Positions 26,296-38,700 of a stretch of 64,000 bases of DNA are shown here, in pieces; the stretch's first letter is position 1, and each line of letters opens with the position of its first letter. The position numbers and the translations under genes are program-made. A model generated the notes under the pieces. The model ran no database searches. It had not been told where the DNA came from and saw only the letters and a program-made list of their open reading frames with translations. The DNA is from Kudoa neothunni (lineage: Eukaryota; Animalia; Cnidaria): contig OZ199838.1 in NCBI GenBank assembly GCA_964304625.1, positions 5,047,287 through 5,111,286 of the forward strand. Reading direction: 5' to 3'.

Positions 26296-29200
26296 TTAAA
26301 TATTTAACAACTATCTACGTTTCACAATTGTTCAGAATAACAATATTTTTAATTTCAATAAATATTATGATTCTAATAGTTGGCTGAAATCCAGAATCAT
26401 ACAAACGGAACTGCTTTCCTTTATGTGCAACAATATTTTGTTGACATAAATCAATTTCCAGATTTACAATAATATTCTTCTTTTTCAAATTTCCATTGTT
26501 TCAAGAATGTTTATTTTTGAGAATTGTTGATATCTTACATATTTTCTTATTTCAAATGGTTTTATTGAATAAATTTGGAGGATGGATTATGGTTAGTTTC
26601 GGTCATTAATTTTACAAACACGTTAAAAATTTTTCTCTTGATTTATTTTTCACAAACTATCATATGGTTATGATTTCGTAGTTTCTCAATTTTTTCAGTG
26701 TCACGAATAGGGCTTGTAGATAATCCACCCTACATTTCCTAATATCACATTTCCGATATCATACAGTATTCTTGATTTCTTTAACGTAAAAAATAATTCA
26801 TGACAACTTTTATTGTCATGTGTTTATTATGAAACCTATTTGATGTTAAGAAAATCTTTTTTCGCCATAATTTTGTTCTAAGTTTATTTTAATGAGCATG
26901 TGGCGGTGAGATTTAGTATTAGAAAAACATACGTAGATTAGGGTTTTGTGGTTTTCTGACGAATTAAGATTATCTTAGATAGATAATAATATCGCGAGGC
27001 ATATTCTCAAAGTTAATTTAGATGTATCATTAAAAGGCACATTCTCTGAGTGTTTTTTACTTCGAAATTTTAATATTTTTTAACAACAATGCTTTTTATG
27101 AAAAATGTATAAATCAAAAATCATTCATATTTCTACACAAAAATCGTATATGTTTTAAGCGTAAGTCTATTTATTTCGGGTTAAAATTTTAATGGCTGCT
27201 TTCACTGATAAACAAGTCTATTCGAGGAGCAAATAATTTCCATCTTCATGAAATGATCTTATAGCTGGACACTCTCTCCAAAATTAGATATAATTTAATA
27301 AAACATAGCTAATTATCATTTAAATAATCCATTTTTGTCGAATACAGTTAAATATAATAGTAAACGTAAGCATTCTATCTTAACTAAAAATTACTACATG
27401 TTACGGTTTCTTTTCGTTAGAAAGCATGATTAAGTTTATTATTGGATTTTTAATTTATAGCCCAAAGATTATTTATGACGAAATATTTATTACTCCTAAA
27501 TACGCTAAAATAATAATTACATAAATATTATATTGTAACCATATGATATATATGATTCAGATCAAATAAACTTTTTGTCTGACGACAAATTTACAGAGAA
27601 AAATTCATGAAATGAATATTTTTTAAAAAATTGGCCATGATAAGCTTAATTGGTTGACTAATTTTTAAACATGGAATGGCAGGAGCATCGGAAATATTTT
27701 CATTAGACGTTGTTTCAAACCACGTTAAATTAAAAATTACTCGATTTATTTGATAAAATTAGAGTGAGAACCTTGAAAATATAAATTTGAGATTGATCGA
27801 TTTACAATTACTTAATTTTTATTTCAAAAATATAAATATTACGTATATCGACGTAACAAATAACATGAAGTCTATATCTTACCGATTTATAAGTATAAGT
27901 TCTGAAAATCTAATAAAAATGTAAATTTTAATATAAATAATTTAAGATAACCATATATTATCACATATTGAAGTTTTTGGGACAAATATGAAGATTTAGC
28001 AAGCCGGTATTGATAATGAATTTAACTCTGACAATTTAATAAACATGCTGATTTTAATCCCGAAATTTGTTAACTCTAATCTATTCTTTTTTCAAATTCT
28101 TGAATATGACTTACCAAAATCAAAATTTTACTGATAAAATTTCCAAGTCTTTTAAGTATCACTAGAAGATTTTATAGTAAAAATATTACATTAAAACACA
28201 ATCCTATGTAATATAAATTCTACTTATCTCGATAGTTCATATCGCCCTATATTTTTAATGGTTTCAATTATCCAATCTACTAAAATAATAATTCATTATC
28301 AAGATATTATCTCATAAATATAAATTTCTTTAAATAAATAAATGAAATTTTATATTCTTATTTCCATAACGGATGTTATTCGAGATGGTGCGCACGCCTA
28401 AAAATATAAAAACACCCTAAAACCCATTAAAAATTAATTTAAAACAATAAAGGATATTTTCTGTTTAATTATATAAATATTTTTAATCGTTTAACATTAA
28501 TATAACCCCTTCGAAGAATGGAATTAATTATATATATTAATAGTCGCATTACATTATTTTATTGTGTAAACTACCTTTATTCTACTTCATTATAAGGAAA
28601 TTATTTAAACATCGTCATTTTTTATGATATGGACCCCTCTACAAACTCAAGTAGTTTAACTTCTATACATTTTTCGATTTAAATTTATTTTCTTAAATCA
28701 CCACTTTTTTCTATATATCTATTCTATTTAAATCGTTAAACCATTCCATTTAATGCCTTTACATTAGAATGTATTAACAGTCACATTTTATATTTTTCAT
28801 CATTTTAGTCATTCCGTGTATTCAAATGCTTTGCTATTGATTGCACAATGACAAATGTGTTTTTCTATATATCTATTAATATTAAATCAATAGTTTTATT
28901 TTAGCTGAAATTTAGCAAACTTTTATTATAATAGAACCGAATATATTCTATAAACCCTCAAAAGTTTTATTACTTTTGTTAACGTAATTAATTTAATTAC
29001 TACATTATGTTTATTTCTTGTCAGAATTTCAACTAAAAATATTAAATAAATGGTTTAATGCTCATTAAATTATTATCCCGCCATTTTAATGGCTGAAGTA
29101 ATTGACTAAATGTATGTATATATATATATATATATAATTTACAATTAAAAAAAATACATAAAGATTTAAAAAAAAATAATAAGATAAAATCATTTATTGT

Positions 29201-30458
29201 TGTTTTGTGGATATTATACATAATTCAAATAAAATTCTTCAAAATGATGATTAATTATTTCTTAAAACTCTCAGCACATTTATATATCACAAAAATCAAT
29301 AAACGTTATAAGATCATTCACGTTTAACAAACTCTTAAAGAATATATTTCGGTAAATAAAACACTGACGCATGCGGCCACATAGAAAAATTATCGTAGCA
29401 TGATTTCTACATAACATGCCCTAAAATATCTTCAAGTTGTTAGAAGCCTAAAATTCAGAACCATATATATTTATGCGTATCTCTATTAATTTAATAAAAG
29501 GGAATATTCATTAAGTTTTTAGCATACATTTTTATTTTTAATGGCAAATCACTATGTGGATATAAACATATCCTCGCTATATTTTATTATAATTTTGTTT
29601 AGTTAATCAATTCGTGTACATTTTTTAAAACAAATATTACAATCAATCGCGTTTAATATAATTAAAATATATTAAAGAGAATACATATCAAGATACTAAA
29701 ACCAAAATATAAAAAATCCCAACATTTATCACTTGATCGTACCAATGTTTAAATAAATTTAGCTTCATATTGTTGATTTGTTATGAACTAACTGATAAAA
29801 CCCGAGGATACGTCCTTTGAATGGGAAAAATTCGTTATTTACTATAGATACGAATTTTTGCATTCAGCATTAAGTATAAGAAAAAGTTATACATTTGTTG
29901 AACATTAATTCAAACATTTTTTGTTTATAACAAAATAATAATCCCATACATATAATTCTGGTCTCGCACTGAGGACCATATAAAATCGTATTACGTGTAC
30001 GATAATACCTTTCCAATGGAATTAATACACTTCTAAATAGGTATTAAAATACAAGTATTAACAGAGTGCAAGTTCTACGTTAATACATAACTGAGGGTTA
30101 ATGTGCTCGGTATTCGTCGGAGTCAACAAATATTTCACAGTACACTAGATGTTTGTGAATTTGTACAGCTCACCTGAACAGATAATTAATTCTACTCGTA
30201 ACAAACAATTTTTTCATTTTAAAAACTAATTGGAAACTTCATTTCATGTAGAATATATTTTACCAGATTAACCAATCACTTGATGTCAATTAAATCCTTT
30301 TTATTTGATTAAAAAAACACTCTAAGCATTATTGTCGAGTTGAAGGTATGGGTCAACGAATACTCGTAAATTAGTATTAAGAGGGTGTAACGATTAATCT
30401 AAAGATTAACATCATACGACTTGTGTTGATTGAGTGAGGTGTGACCTATTAAAAGAAA

Positions 30459-32154
30459 ATGGGTTATGAATATTTTATTTCCATCGAATAAGGACTCTAA
30501 TCAATTATTATAGATGAGCCAGCTTTTGTTTACGAATACGATCTTGTTTTGGAAGGCTTCCAACTAGATAAAATCAACACTGACGCCATAGGCTCTGATG
30601 TTACTAAAATTGTAATAACTCCTCAAAAATATTATTTTATTCTACCAGAGTTATGTTAATTTAGACCAAACTTCTAAAAGAAGCATTTGAAGAGGAGAAA
30701 AAATTTTTGGGAGTAGCTGCCCAGAGCAAAAAGCCATCACAGGTATGCTTTCTAATGAATGCGACTAGTTTTTGAACATAATTAAAGGAAAAAATCACAG
30801 AATTAGCCCAAAATCTTACCAAAAAAATCCAAGAAATTGCTGTAATTAGAAATATACTACATCAAATTCAGATTGTTTACTAATTCCATATAAATTCATT
30901 AGAATATTGAAGCCAAATCTAAGGAGGTTAAAGCATTGAATCACTTGAAAAGTGTCGCCAGCATATCACCTGCTCTTATGTGGATTGTTGCTGTAAGTGC
31001 AATAGTTTTGGTGTCAACTGCCGACCACGGTTATCATTTCTATAATTCATATAGCCAAACCGACCGGCACAATACGTTAAAGATATGATTGATAGTGCTG
31101 AATATTACACCAACAGAATTCTCAAAGACCACAAAGATGAGTATGTATCAGAGTTGTTGATTTTGGTGATATGTTTTTTGCAGAGCGGATCCACAACGTG
31201 CATTTGCTGTGAAATTGGTCGCTCTGTTTAAAAGTCTACAAGACTACGTTAAAGATTTCCACAATATGGGTGTTACATGGAATCCCAAAGGTGGAGATGT
31301 TGGAAGTGCTTCTGCTCCTGCAAATGCACCCCCAAGTGGTCCTCCACCCGCTGCCTCCGCAACTAGTGGTGGTGAATCATCTGGAAATCCTGCTGCTGCT
31401 CTTTTCCAATCCATCAACAAGGGTGGTGCTATCACTGCTGGCCTCAGAAAAGTTGATGATTCGATGAAAACCCACAAAAATCCAGAGCTTCGAGCTTCCA
31501 ACGTTGTGAAAGATTCTGACCTACCCAAAAAGGCTGCAACCACCGAAAAGAAACCTGCCGCTGCTGCTAACAAACCTCCTGTATTTAAGTGCATGAACAA
31601 AAAATGGGTTGTTGAATACCAAAATGGTGCCTCTCTTGAAATCACCGAGGGTGGTCTAGCTTACACCGTCTATATGTACAAATGCCAAAAAGTTGCACTT
31701 CATGTTACTCCAAAAATGAATTCTATAATTCTTGGTACTTTATATTTGTTCAAAAAACTTTTTAATGCCATATTGTTTCTATTTTCTAATAGATAGTTGC
31801 CAAAAATGTGAAGTTTTATTGGATAGTGGCATTATTTCGTCTTGTGAAATGATCCAAAGCAAAGGTTGTGCAGTCAAGGTGAATTGCTTAAATTTTCTAG
31901 TAATTGAGCTGATTTTTCATGAGTCTAGTGTATGGACGTCGTACCTACAATCACTTTGGATGGTTGTGATAGTTGTCATGTGTTCCTTTCCGAGAAAAGT
32001 CTTGACTCTGAAATCTTGACCGCCAAGTCGTCCACTAGTAATGTCACACTTATGAAACCAGACGGTGAGGATGTGGAGCTATATGTCCCTGAACTTTTCC
32101 GTAATAAAGTTAGTGGCAACAAAAATTATCACTGAAGCCGTGGTTCACGAATGA
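30459..32154 (+). CDS. CAP: adenylyl cyclase-associated protein (CAP/Srv2), actin regulator
   Basis: HFD exons (NHLKSVASISPALMWIVA, YVKDMIDSAEYYTNRILKDHK, GVTWNPKGG), Pro-rich PPSGPPP, WH2 AALFQSINKGGAITAGLRKVDDSMKTHKNPELR, and the CARP beta-helix (VPTITLDGCD...EILTAKSS). One extra A near the stop. The start exon is uncertain. Confidence 0.95.
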
Positions 32155-33820
32155 GTCAAAAAATTTTTTCTTTAAATTTCTTTCCTACAGTTCAGCTAGT
32201 AACATTTTACTGATTTGATGTCATCGCTATTACTCTGGTCTTGGTGTTTATTGATTATGTTTTGCTTATTACATATGCTCTAATAATTTGTACTTAATCT
32301 TGAATTCAAATAATTTTTTCAATATCCAAAATTTGTATTTTTGATAAGATTTCCTTTATGATATATTTCGCTGGAGTTAAAAGGTTTTGTTATGTTATTA
32401 CTTCCCCAAAAATAAGGAAACCTGTCCTAGATTATGTTTTGAGTAGATAAACCTTATAATTCATTATGTATAGATTTAATTTTTGCATGTAGAAAAGTCT
32501 GAGCAATAATTTATATGAATAAACTAAAAATTAGGACTTATTGAATTAGACGGGGAATCTATAACTTAAAAACTAAAAATGCCAATTATTTAAATATCAG
32601 TAGGGATTCATTGTAAATTACTATGGTATAAATTATTTTTTCCAATCATAGTCGTTATTTCTATGTGAAATTGTTTCACCGGGTTTTGCAACCAGAACTG
32701 GAGAAATGTGAAACAACGCCTGATTTTAGGGTTACCAGGCCCCGATGGGCGCAATAATTATGAAGTAGCTCAAATGACATTATTAGACATATAGAATTCA
32801 TAACAATGTTAATAAATAAAATGATCGGTTTTTGTTATATTGCATTGAATGTAGCATCATCCAAAATAGCTTTCACAGCGCATACAATAATTTGGTAATC
32901 ACAAAGCACGTGTCGCCTGGAAACACCCTTTGCGCATCTTCTTTTTTCACGTTTCTTTTTTATTAAATAAATAATTATGACGTTAAAAAATTCAGTGTAG
33001 CGTATCAACTTAACCGGCAGCAGCCGGTTGATAATGAGATTATTTGTGTTTTGATAAAAGGGGTTTTTATTAGCGCAAAATACATATTACATCCAGCCTC
33101 AAGCAATAACTTCCAAATTTAAACGAAATCTCAGTTCGATCAAAATCGTTCAAACGTGTAATCTCTCTTTTGTTTAAAAAACTTGCGAATTTCCTTATCC
33201 GTCGCATATTTTAAGGCATTCGATATTTGAATAATTTCATTATCTTTTTAACATAACTTTTTGACCAGAAATTGAGTTTAAATGCTCTATATAATGATGT
33301 TATATTTTATAAACTGAACAAATTAATTTATTCAGATCTCTATAATTTATGTGGAAATTAAACCATTATTTATCATTTGAAAAGGTGATTTTTAGTTTAT
33401 ATATGTTAGATATAGTTATATTCATTAGATGCAATTTTACGATTGAATTCGTGTGAAAATTCTAGCAGGAAAAACTAAAAAGTTGTTTAATTTCCAATTT
33501 TAGCTTTCTAATGGGTAAAACATCTGATATGTAAATTTTGAGATTTTATATTTGGTTATAAAATAAAAAAATGAAATAGAGAAGTTATCCAAAAGGAAAA
33601 TAATTGATTTTAAAGGTCTTGTAAATGAGTCAGTTTAAAATGTATTATATTTTTTAAACTCTTTTCTAGATCACTCTATTTGAGGTAAATGTAAAAAATT
33701 TAAAATGTCCGAATAATCATTTTTGTAAGTACTTTATTTAACTGAACATACGAAAATGTAATATTTAGTCAAAATTATGAAGATAGAATAATTCAAATGT
33801 CACAAATGAATTATACATAC

Positions 33821-34422
33821 CAAGGGTTCTCAACCGGGGATAAACTTTAAATGACAGGGGGTAAATTTTGAGGCATCAAAATTAGATAGAGTCAATTTTT
33901 AGGTAATGTGGTTTGTGACTTACTTAAGGATGTCTAAGGAACTATATTATTTCTAGTTATTAAACACAATTAAAAGTGGTCAAAATTCTCAAAATGTTTT
34001 TCGGAGTAATTATTTAACAACAATTTATAAAGATACTATCAATCCCTTTCTTTTGTATCTCGTTATCTTTTAGGAATGTAGCCAAATAATAATTCTTAAA
34101 ATAGCTACTTGCATAGTAAACAATATTCCGACGCTACTAATGTTGACTATTTGTAAATTATTTCTGATTTCTAAGAGCGAAGGACTAAGTTAGATATAAT
34201 TTAATTTAAACCAAGTCTAAAAAATCAAATCTGTAGACAACTTGTGAATAAGAGTTGCTGGGATTAAAAATTGTCATTACATAGGTGGGCATGCCTTTTT
34301 GGATTAGAATATAACATGCAAATAGCCTCTGCATTAGTTAAACCAGTCTATAACCTTAAAGTAAACATGGATTTGGCTTTCAAGTTAGGAGTTAAATATG
34401 AAAAAACGGTTGAGAATCCCTG
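33821..34422. mobile_element. hAT-type MITE
   Basis: TIRs CAAGGGTTCTCAACC ... GGTTGAGAATCCCTG. Flanks ATACATAC / AATTATAC resemble a decayed 8-bp TSD. Confidence 0.65.
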
Positions 34423-35743
34423 AATTATACGAATGTTACATTTTTCGCCACGTGGTCCATATCTGTTTTTAAACATTCCCCATATTAATGAATTTAAAAG
34501 AATAATTCTGCTGACATCATTTCTTTTCGATGATAAATCTTGTGGATAAGATTGTTCATCTGATATATTTTCTATGATTGCACGCAAACATTCAATTATA
34601 CATTTTCGCAAATTATTGACTTTCCTAATTTTGCTTCGATTAAATTCAAAAATTATATCGTTGAAAATATCAATATATCTAAAAAATTTTAAACATCTAA
34701 GACATGATTGTTGGAATAGTTGTTTGTCCATCTAGTTTATCATCGATTTTTTGAAGATCGAAAAAAAGAATAAAATATGAATATTTCCAAAAATCTCTTT
34801 ATATTAATATATTTAAAAGAAAGATCTATTGCTTTTGAAAAATGTTGTTAGGTAAATTTATTTCTTGGCCCATGATGGAGTGGGATCATTTTTCAATTCA
34901 GGTATTCTTCAAGATTTGAGAACGATACCTTCTATTTATGCAAAGATATTTGGCCTTTAATCTCTCCAACAACCTTCAAGATATTTATGTAGGAACCATT
35001 CCTTCCTACCCCTTTTTGAGTGGTATTTAAAATAGTCTTATCCATTTACCAACGATATAATATGTTGAATTTTTTTTAGGGTTAAGTATTGAGACCGGAC
35101 CACATATAATAGAGCTTCATAAAAGACTCCGATTTTAGGAAAAATTATTTTTAAAAGAAGCAACTTGATGTGTATTATTACTTTTTAAAAAAAGTATATG
35201 AAATAATAATCCACATTATTCCTAATACATAGACTGTTCAGTTATCGGTCTGATATGATTTCTGCTTTTTAAGGATGAAACAATCGAAATTCCTGCAATT
35301 GTCACAACGATTTGAAGCTTAGAGGAGAAAAAATTTCATCAATGTGTGAAAAAAATTTTCATACTCACTAACAGGCAAGAAAATCATCATCTCTTTTAAA
35401 ACTTAAAAACCCCATTTTAGATTTGAGAAAGCTTAGGTTGAAAGTACAGAAATCGCAGAGGGAATTTATGACCTTGAGATAAAGTTATGATTTTCGGCCA
35501 ACAGTGATAAGGCTGGATTAGCTAAAGTAAGATTTTTTATGTTTTCGTACTATTTCGCAGAAATATATATATATATATATTTTTACGAAAAATTAATCAT
35601 TCTAAAATTAATATAAGTATCCGTCATGACACCATAGCGAGTACACCACAAATTTTAATCGTTTGGTAATAGCATTGTAAATTTAAAAGTATGCCACAAA
35701 AGGAACAAGATTCAATAAAAAATTATAAAATAAAAGAAAAATA

Positions 35744-38700
35744 CTAAAAAATGATACTATCAAATTTGTTAGAAAAGCCAAATGACCTAGTTCCTTTACT
35801 CGCACTGGGATCCTAAACAAAAAAACCATCGTTATTTACGAACTGCTATTACGATGGCTAATCAAATTGTTACATCCATTGATATATTGTAATGGTGTAA
35901 AATAGAAAACATATCATTATCGACATTCTTCCAACCATCTTGAAAGGTCACTTTCCATAAGAAAGCATAATTGGCAACTTTTTTGAACAAACTAACACTC
36001 ATTCAATAAATAAAATCGGCTGCATAACTTTACCCCATTAGCACTAGTCGCATTTGAGGTTTGGTTGTTAATCGAATTTTCAATAGACACACACTCGATC
36101 TTGGCGACAAGTGGAGAATTTGGCGGGAAAGCAATCTCCAACCGAGAATGACTAATATACAAATCGAAAACATTTCCAACATTGAAGCACACGATATGCA
36201 CATAAACATCATATTCATTTATAGGAAAAGTTGCCAAAGCGGTGGTCACAATATCCTAAAAATTAAATTCCACCAATTCGGACTTGGTAACGATTTGGTT
36301 GTTATTTTGAACAAAATTACATGTCAGCTAAATCACAGTAACAATAAAGATAGAGAACCAACCAAAGAAACAATTTTACTGTCAATGTGTGCTCGTTTTG
36401 TTGAGAATCCGCATAAAATAATGATTTCAAACGAGTCATCATTGCTCACATATGCAGGGCACAAGTTAATGGGCCAAATATAACGATTTTGACTAAGATC
36501 TTTCTTCAGCTTATTCAAACAACACTCACTTTGATAGTTGGGCGTAGTGTCATTGCCGTTTGAATCTTGCTGCACACCGATACAAAGTGTATGATCATAG
36601 CTCTCTACCTGACGTTTGTAACCGCTTCAATAACGGATGGTAACAATGGGTAGATGTACAGGTCGACGGATTGATACTTTGGTATCATGTAGAGATTGAT
36701 GGATTTGGATCTCCAATGTACCATAACTATCAGATATTATATGAATCAGATGCAGGTCCTCAACAAACGAACACTCATCTTCACTAATCGTATAGATATA
36801 AAAATCATCGATGATAACTCCAAATTCCTTCAACACATATTGACCACACTCAACAGAGCAGCCATCAAGGGAATTATGATCAATCTCCATAACAAAAACT
36901 ACTACTTAATCGGTGATATCGTTTGGTTGATTGCAATAGAGGTTGACTTTTGAACAAAATACATTTGTTATCGTTAATTTCACCATTGCCTGTAAAACTT
37001 TGAGACAAAAGGCCTTGATTTTTAGGCGTGGTAAAATTTTCGAGTCGGTACCTGAATCTTTGTGGCGTTGAAACAAACCAACATTGCCATTAAGATCGCT
37101 ATTAAAACAATTAGAAGTGGACAAGTCGGAAACTGAGCTCTCTCGACTTTGGCTACATATGTAATCGGTTGGTAGAAAAAGCCCAAACACCTGTTTATCA
37201 GGCTAGGATTAATGTTTTGGTGACAACATTAAAAATGAGATTGATATTTTCGTGAGAAAAGAAAGTCAATTTTTGGTTTATCGAATACGAGGTCGTTGAA
37301 TTAATGCTACCAGCTAAAGGTGCATCACAACCACCAGCCTTCAGTATACCTGACAAGTAGATATCGCTGTCATATTTGGGTGGAATATGAATAGAGGTCA
37401 AACATGTGTAACCATTTTTCGCGATGTTATCATTATTGTCAGTAGAAACCAAGTTAATGTAGCGTGACAACAATTCATGCTCCTTCTGGAAGAGAAACTT
37501 ACATCCAAACAGCATCAACTTGATCATAATGCCACCAAAATTGATATTGTAGCTGAGAGATTTTAAGTTTTCAACGAGATAATGATGGATTCAATGTGAG
37601 CTAGAAGATTGAGATAGGCGCTAATAGTGAATTTGTTATTGTTTAACAAAAAATGGCCTTGTCCATTGTAAGAACGGTAGGAATGGCAGTTAGTGTTAGT
37701 AGGGGATGATTTAGAAACTAATGGATCAGCTGAATTAGTATTATTGCACTGGATGGAATCCAACAAACGAAAACAAATCTGCAACTCATACAACAAGACA
37801 TCCACATAAAGAATCAACCATTTCTTGAGGAAAAAGGTTTCTTCAAGTGCATGGGCCACTCTCAAAGCACTATCATAGTTGGATTGGTGAATGAAACGTA
37901 GAAGAAGATGCTGTTCACTAGTATGAATGTGTCTGTAATAACCGAAGTCGATATAGATTTTGTGAGCTTGGTTGATAAAAGAAAAATGCAAGATCGCCAG
38001 ATAGTTTCGCATCAGTTACGTTATCATCATTTTCTCGCTTGGTAGAGGTAACAAAAAACTGTGGTTTGAGGAGAGATTTCGCTTTCACAATTGATATCTC
38101 AAAGGAAGGAATCGGTTTGGAATGCAAATGTGTTCGATTTGGTGATGACGAAACGTTCCTGTCTTGGTCAGTTCGATAGCGAAAAATTTTTAAAGGTACT
38201 GAGGAAACTATTAGATATTGTAGAGTAGGAAAAACGCCGTTTACCAACCACATTTTGATCGAACCACATTCACTTCGACTTTCAGTTGTGATCTTCGAAA
38301 CGGCGGCAGTGGTAGTCATCATCCCGTCTAATTGTTGCTTGCTAGGTGTACTTCCAATAATAGAATTGAAAATATTACCACTGTCATAGGTCATTGATGA
38401 CTGTACTTTTAGAGTTCAATTTATCCAACAAGGGGGCACTAGAAACCAACCCTAAAAGACTGCTTCCTTTGGATTTGATATTGGTGCTCATATTAAAATC
38501 TACAGCTGAAGGCGTTCCAATTGTGCGGTTGGTTAATGGTCGGTAGGTATATGCGGCAATGTTCACGTGTATTCTGTCTATACACGAATCAATGCAACAC
38601 AGAAGATGTGCCAAAGCGTAGCTTAGAGTTTTTTTCGAAGGAAAAATATCCTTCCAGTTGTCAATGTAATGCGTTTCACGTATAGTAGCATCATTGAATT

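Noticed and set aside
34348-35100. 127-aa minus-strand ORF as a gene or Tc1 transposase
   Set aside because: It runs across a MITE boundary. The resemblance to Tc1 motifs (ISDE, LIWGMF) is too weak to call.
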